Assembly (NCBI GenBank): GCA_965204725.1
Contig: OZ242005.1
Location: 2,816,001-2,880,000, forward strand
DNA length: 64,000 nt
Reading direction: 5' to 3'
Source of the DNA: Candidatus Latescibacterota bacterium
GTDB lineage: Bacteria > Latescibacterota > UBA2968 > UBA8231
In this document: piece after piece, positions 62,920 through 64,000 of the stretch
Numbering within the stretch: position 1 is the first letter of the stretch
How the letters are laid out: every line of letters starts with the position of its first letter
Notes under the pieces: generated by a model
Seen by the model: the letters and a program-made list of their open reading frames with translations, nothing else
Databases searched by the model: none
What the model was told of the DNA's origin: nothing
Made by a program: the position numbers and the translations under genes

Positions 62920-64000
62920 TTAATCCCGCTTTTGGCTCGCGCCGCCGAACTTGCGGGCGAGGGCCGCGCCGCGCTGTAAGCGGGCATTGTCCGGCTCAAA
63001 GCGCAAGCCCCGCTGATAGCTTGCCAACGCTTGGACAAATTCTTTTTGCATCATCAGGGCATTGCCGAGCGCGAGATGCGCGAGGATATAGGTGGAGTCG
63101 GCGCGCAGGGCCGTGCGGAACAGGGACATGGCCTCGGGCACTTGGCCGCGGCGCAAATATAGATTGCCCAAGTTGTGGTACGAGGGCGCGAAATTGGGGT
63201 CGCGGTCGATGGCCTGTAAATAGTACAGACGTGCTTCTTCGTACTGCCCGCGCTGGCCGTATAGCGCGCCTATCTTGTGGTATAGCTCGGCCTTGTCGGG
63301 CGTGCGGAACAGGGTAGTACGCAGGCCGACGAGGAGCTTTTCCTGCTTTTCCAGTTCGTTGTACAGGGCCAACTGGCGGCGGCCCTCCTCCTGCTGGCCC
63401 CGGCGCAACAGGGCATTGCCGAGGGTAAAGCGGGCCGGCGCAAAGAGCGAGTCAAGGGCCACGGTGCGCTGTAATTCGACGATGGCCGCGTCGTACTCGC
63501 GGCGCTTGTACAAGGACGCGCCGAGGCCATAGCGGTACTTGGCCACGGTCGAATCGGCGGCTAGCGCACGGGTATAGGCCGCTTCGGCCGCGGCGTAGTC
63601 GTTGAGCTTGAGATGGGCCTCGCCGAGGTTGTACCATGCTTCGCCGTAGTCGTCTTGTAGGGCGACGGCGCGGCCATGCGCGGCAATGGCTTGCTCGTAC
63701 TGGGCTTGGCGGAAGTACAGCAGCCCGAGTGCCATCTGGGCCCAAGCGTAATCTGGGGTCGAGCGCGTGACCTCCTCTAACAGGGCGAGGGCCTCGGCGT
63801 GGCGATTGAGGCGGGTCAGCACAATGGCTAGTTCGGTCTGCGCTTTGGCGTAATCGGGTTGCAGCGCAATGGCCTGTCGATAGGCTGCGAGGGCTTGGGT
63901 CAACTTGCCGTCGCGGGTGTATGCGTCGGCCAGATTGCGATGGGCTACCGCAGAGTTCGGAGCGCGTTCTACGGCGCGTTTTGCGGCTGCTATGGCCGCG
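62920..64000 (-). CDS. Tetratricopeptide repeat protein, 5' end outside the window
   Basis: Many canonical TPRs (AWYNLG, SYHNLGNLY, AHLALGNAL); the frame stays open to the window edge. Confidence 0.9.
   Translation of the reverse strand, partial: AAIAAAKRAVERAPNSAVAHRNLADAYTRDGKLTQALAAYRQAIALQPDYAKAQTELAIVLTRLNRHAEALALLEEVTRSTPDYAWAQMALGLLYFRQAQYEQAIAAHGRAVALQDDYGEAWYNLGEAHLKLNDYAAAEAAYTRALAADSTVAKYRYGLGASLYKRREYDAAIVELQRTVALDSLFAPARFTLGNALLRRGQQEEGRRQLALYNELEKQEKLLVGLRTTLFRTPDKAELYHKIGALYGQRGQYEEARLYYLQAIDRDPNFAPSYHNLGNLYLRRGQVPEAMSLFRTALRADSTYILAHLALGNALMMQKEFVQALASYQRGLRFEPDNARLQRGAALARKFGGASQKRD

Overview
GC-rich bacterial window. The gene content (FlgD-Ig/'TPNGDGxND' C-terminal domains, C-terminal 'WxxIK' secreted proteins, DUF6785-like membrane proteins, ASPIC/UnbV, ankyrin and TPR proteins) suggests an FCB-group lineage such as Ca. 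Latescibacterota, possibly host/sponge-associated; this is inference, not a database result. 1-26.5 kb is mostly metabolism: glcD/glcF, three peptidases, glgP, oxidoreductases, a lactonase and amidohydrolases. It is interrupted by a defence-like islet at 5.7-9.4 kb (AAA pseudogene, HEPN-ankyrin fusion, methyltransferase-HNH fusion). 26.5-64 kb is the main candidate for an undescribed system: two divergent, paralogous arms encoding a cell-envelope module. In total it has three ~880-aa predicted outer-membrane beta-barrel proteins with Asp-rich Ca-binding-like repeats, six paralogous secreted proteins with a shared FlgD-Ig/type-B-CTD-like C-terminus, two DOMON/CBM9-like 'WxxIK' proteins, two PpiC foldases, TPR proteins and a lipoprotein. 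The arms flank an orphan ABC substrate-binding protein, hicBA and a DUF6785-like permease. Mosaic MITE/REP elements are scattered throughout; one is inserted in frame into a lipoprotein signal peptide. CCWGG appears strongly depleted while its deamination products are abundant. No rRNA, tRNA or CRISPR array was seen.
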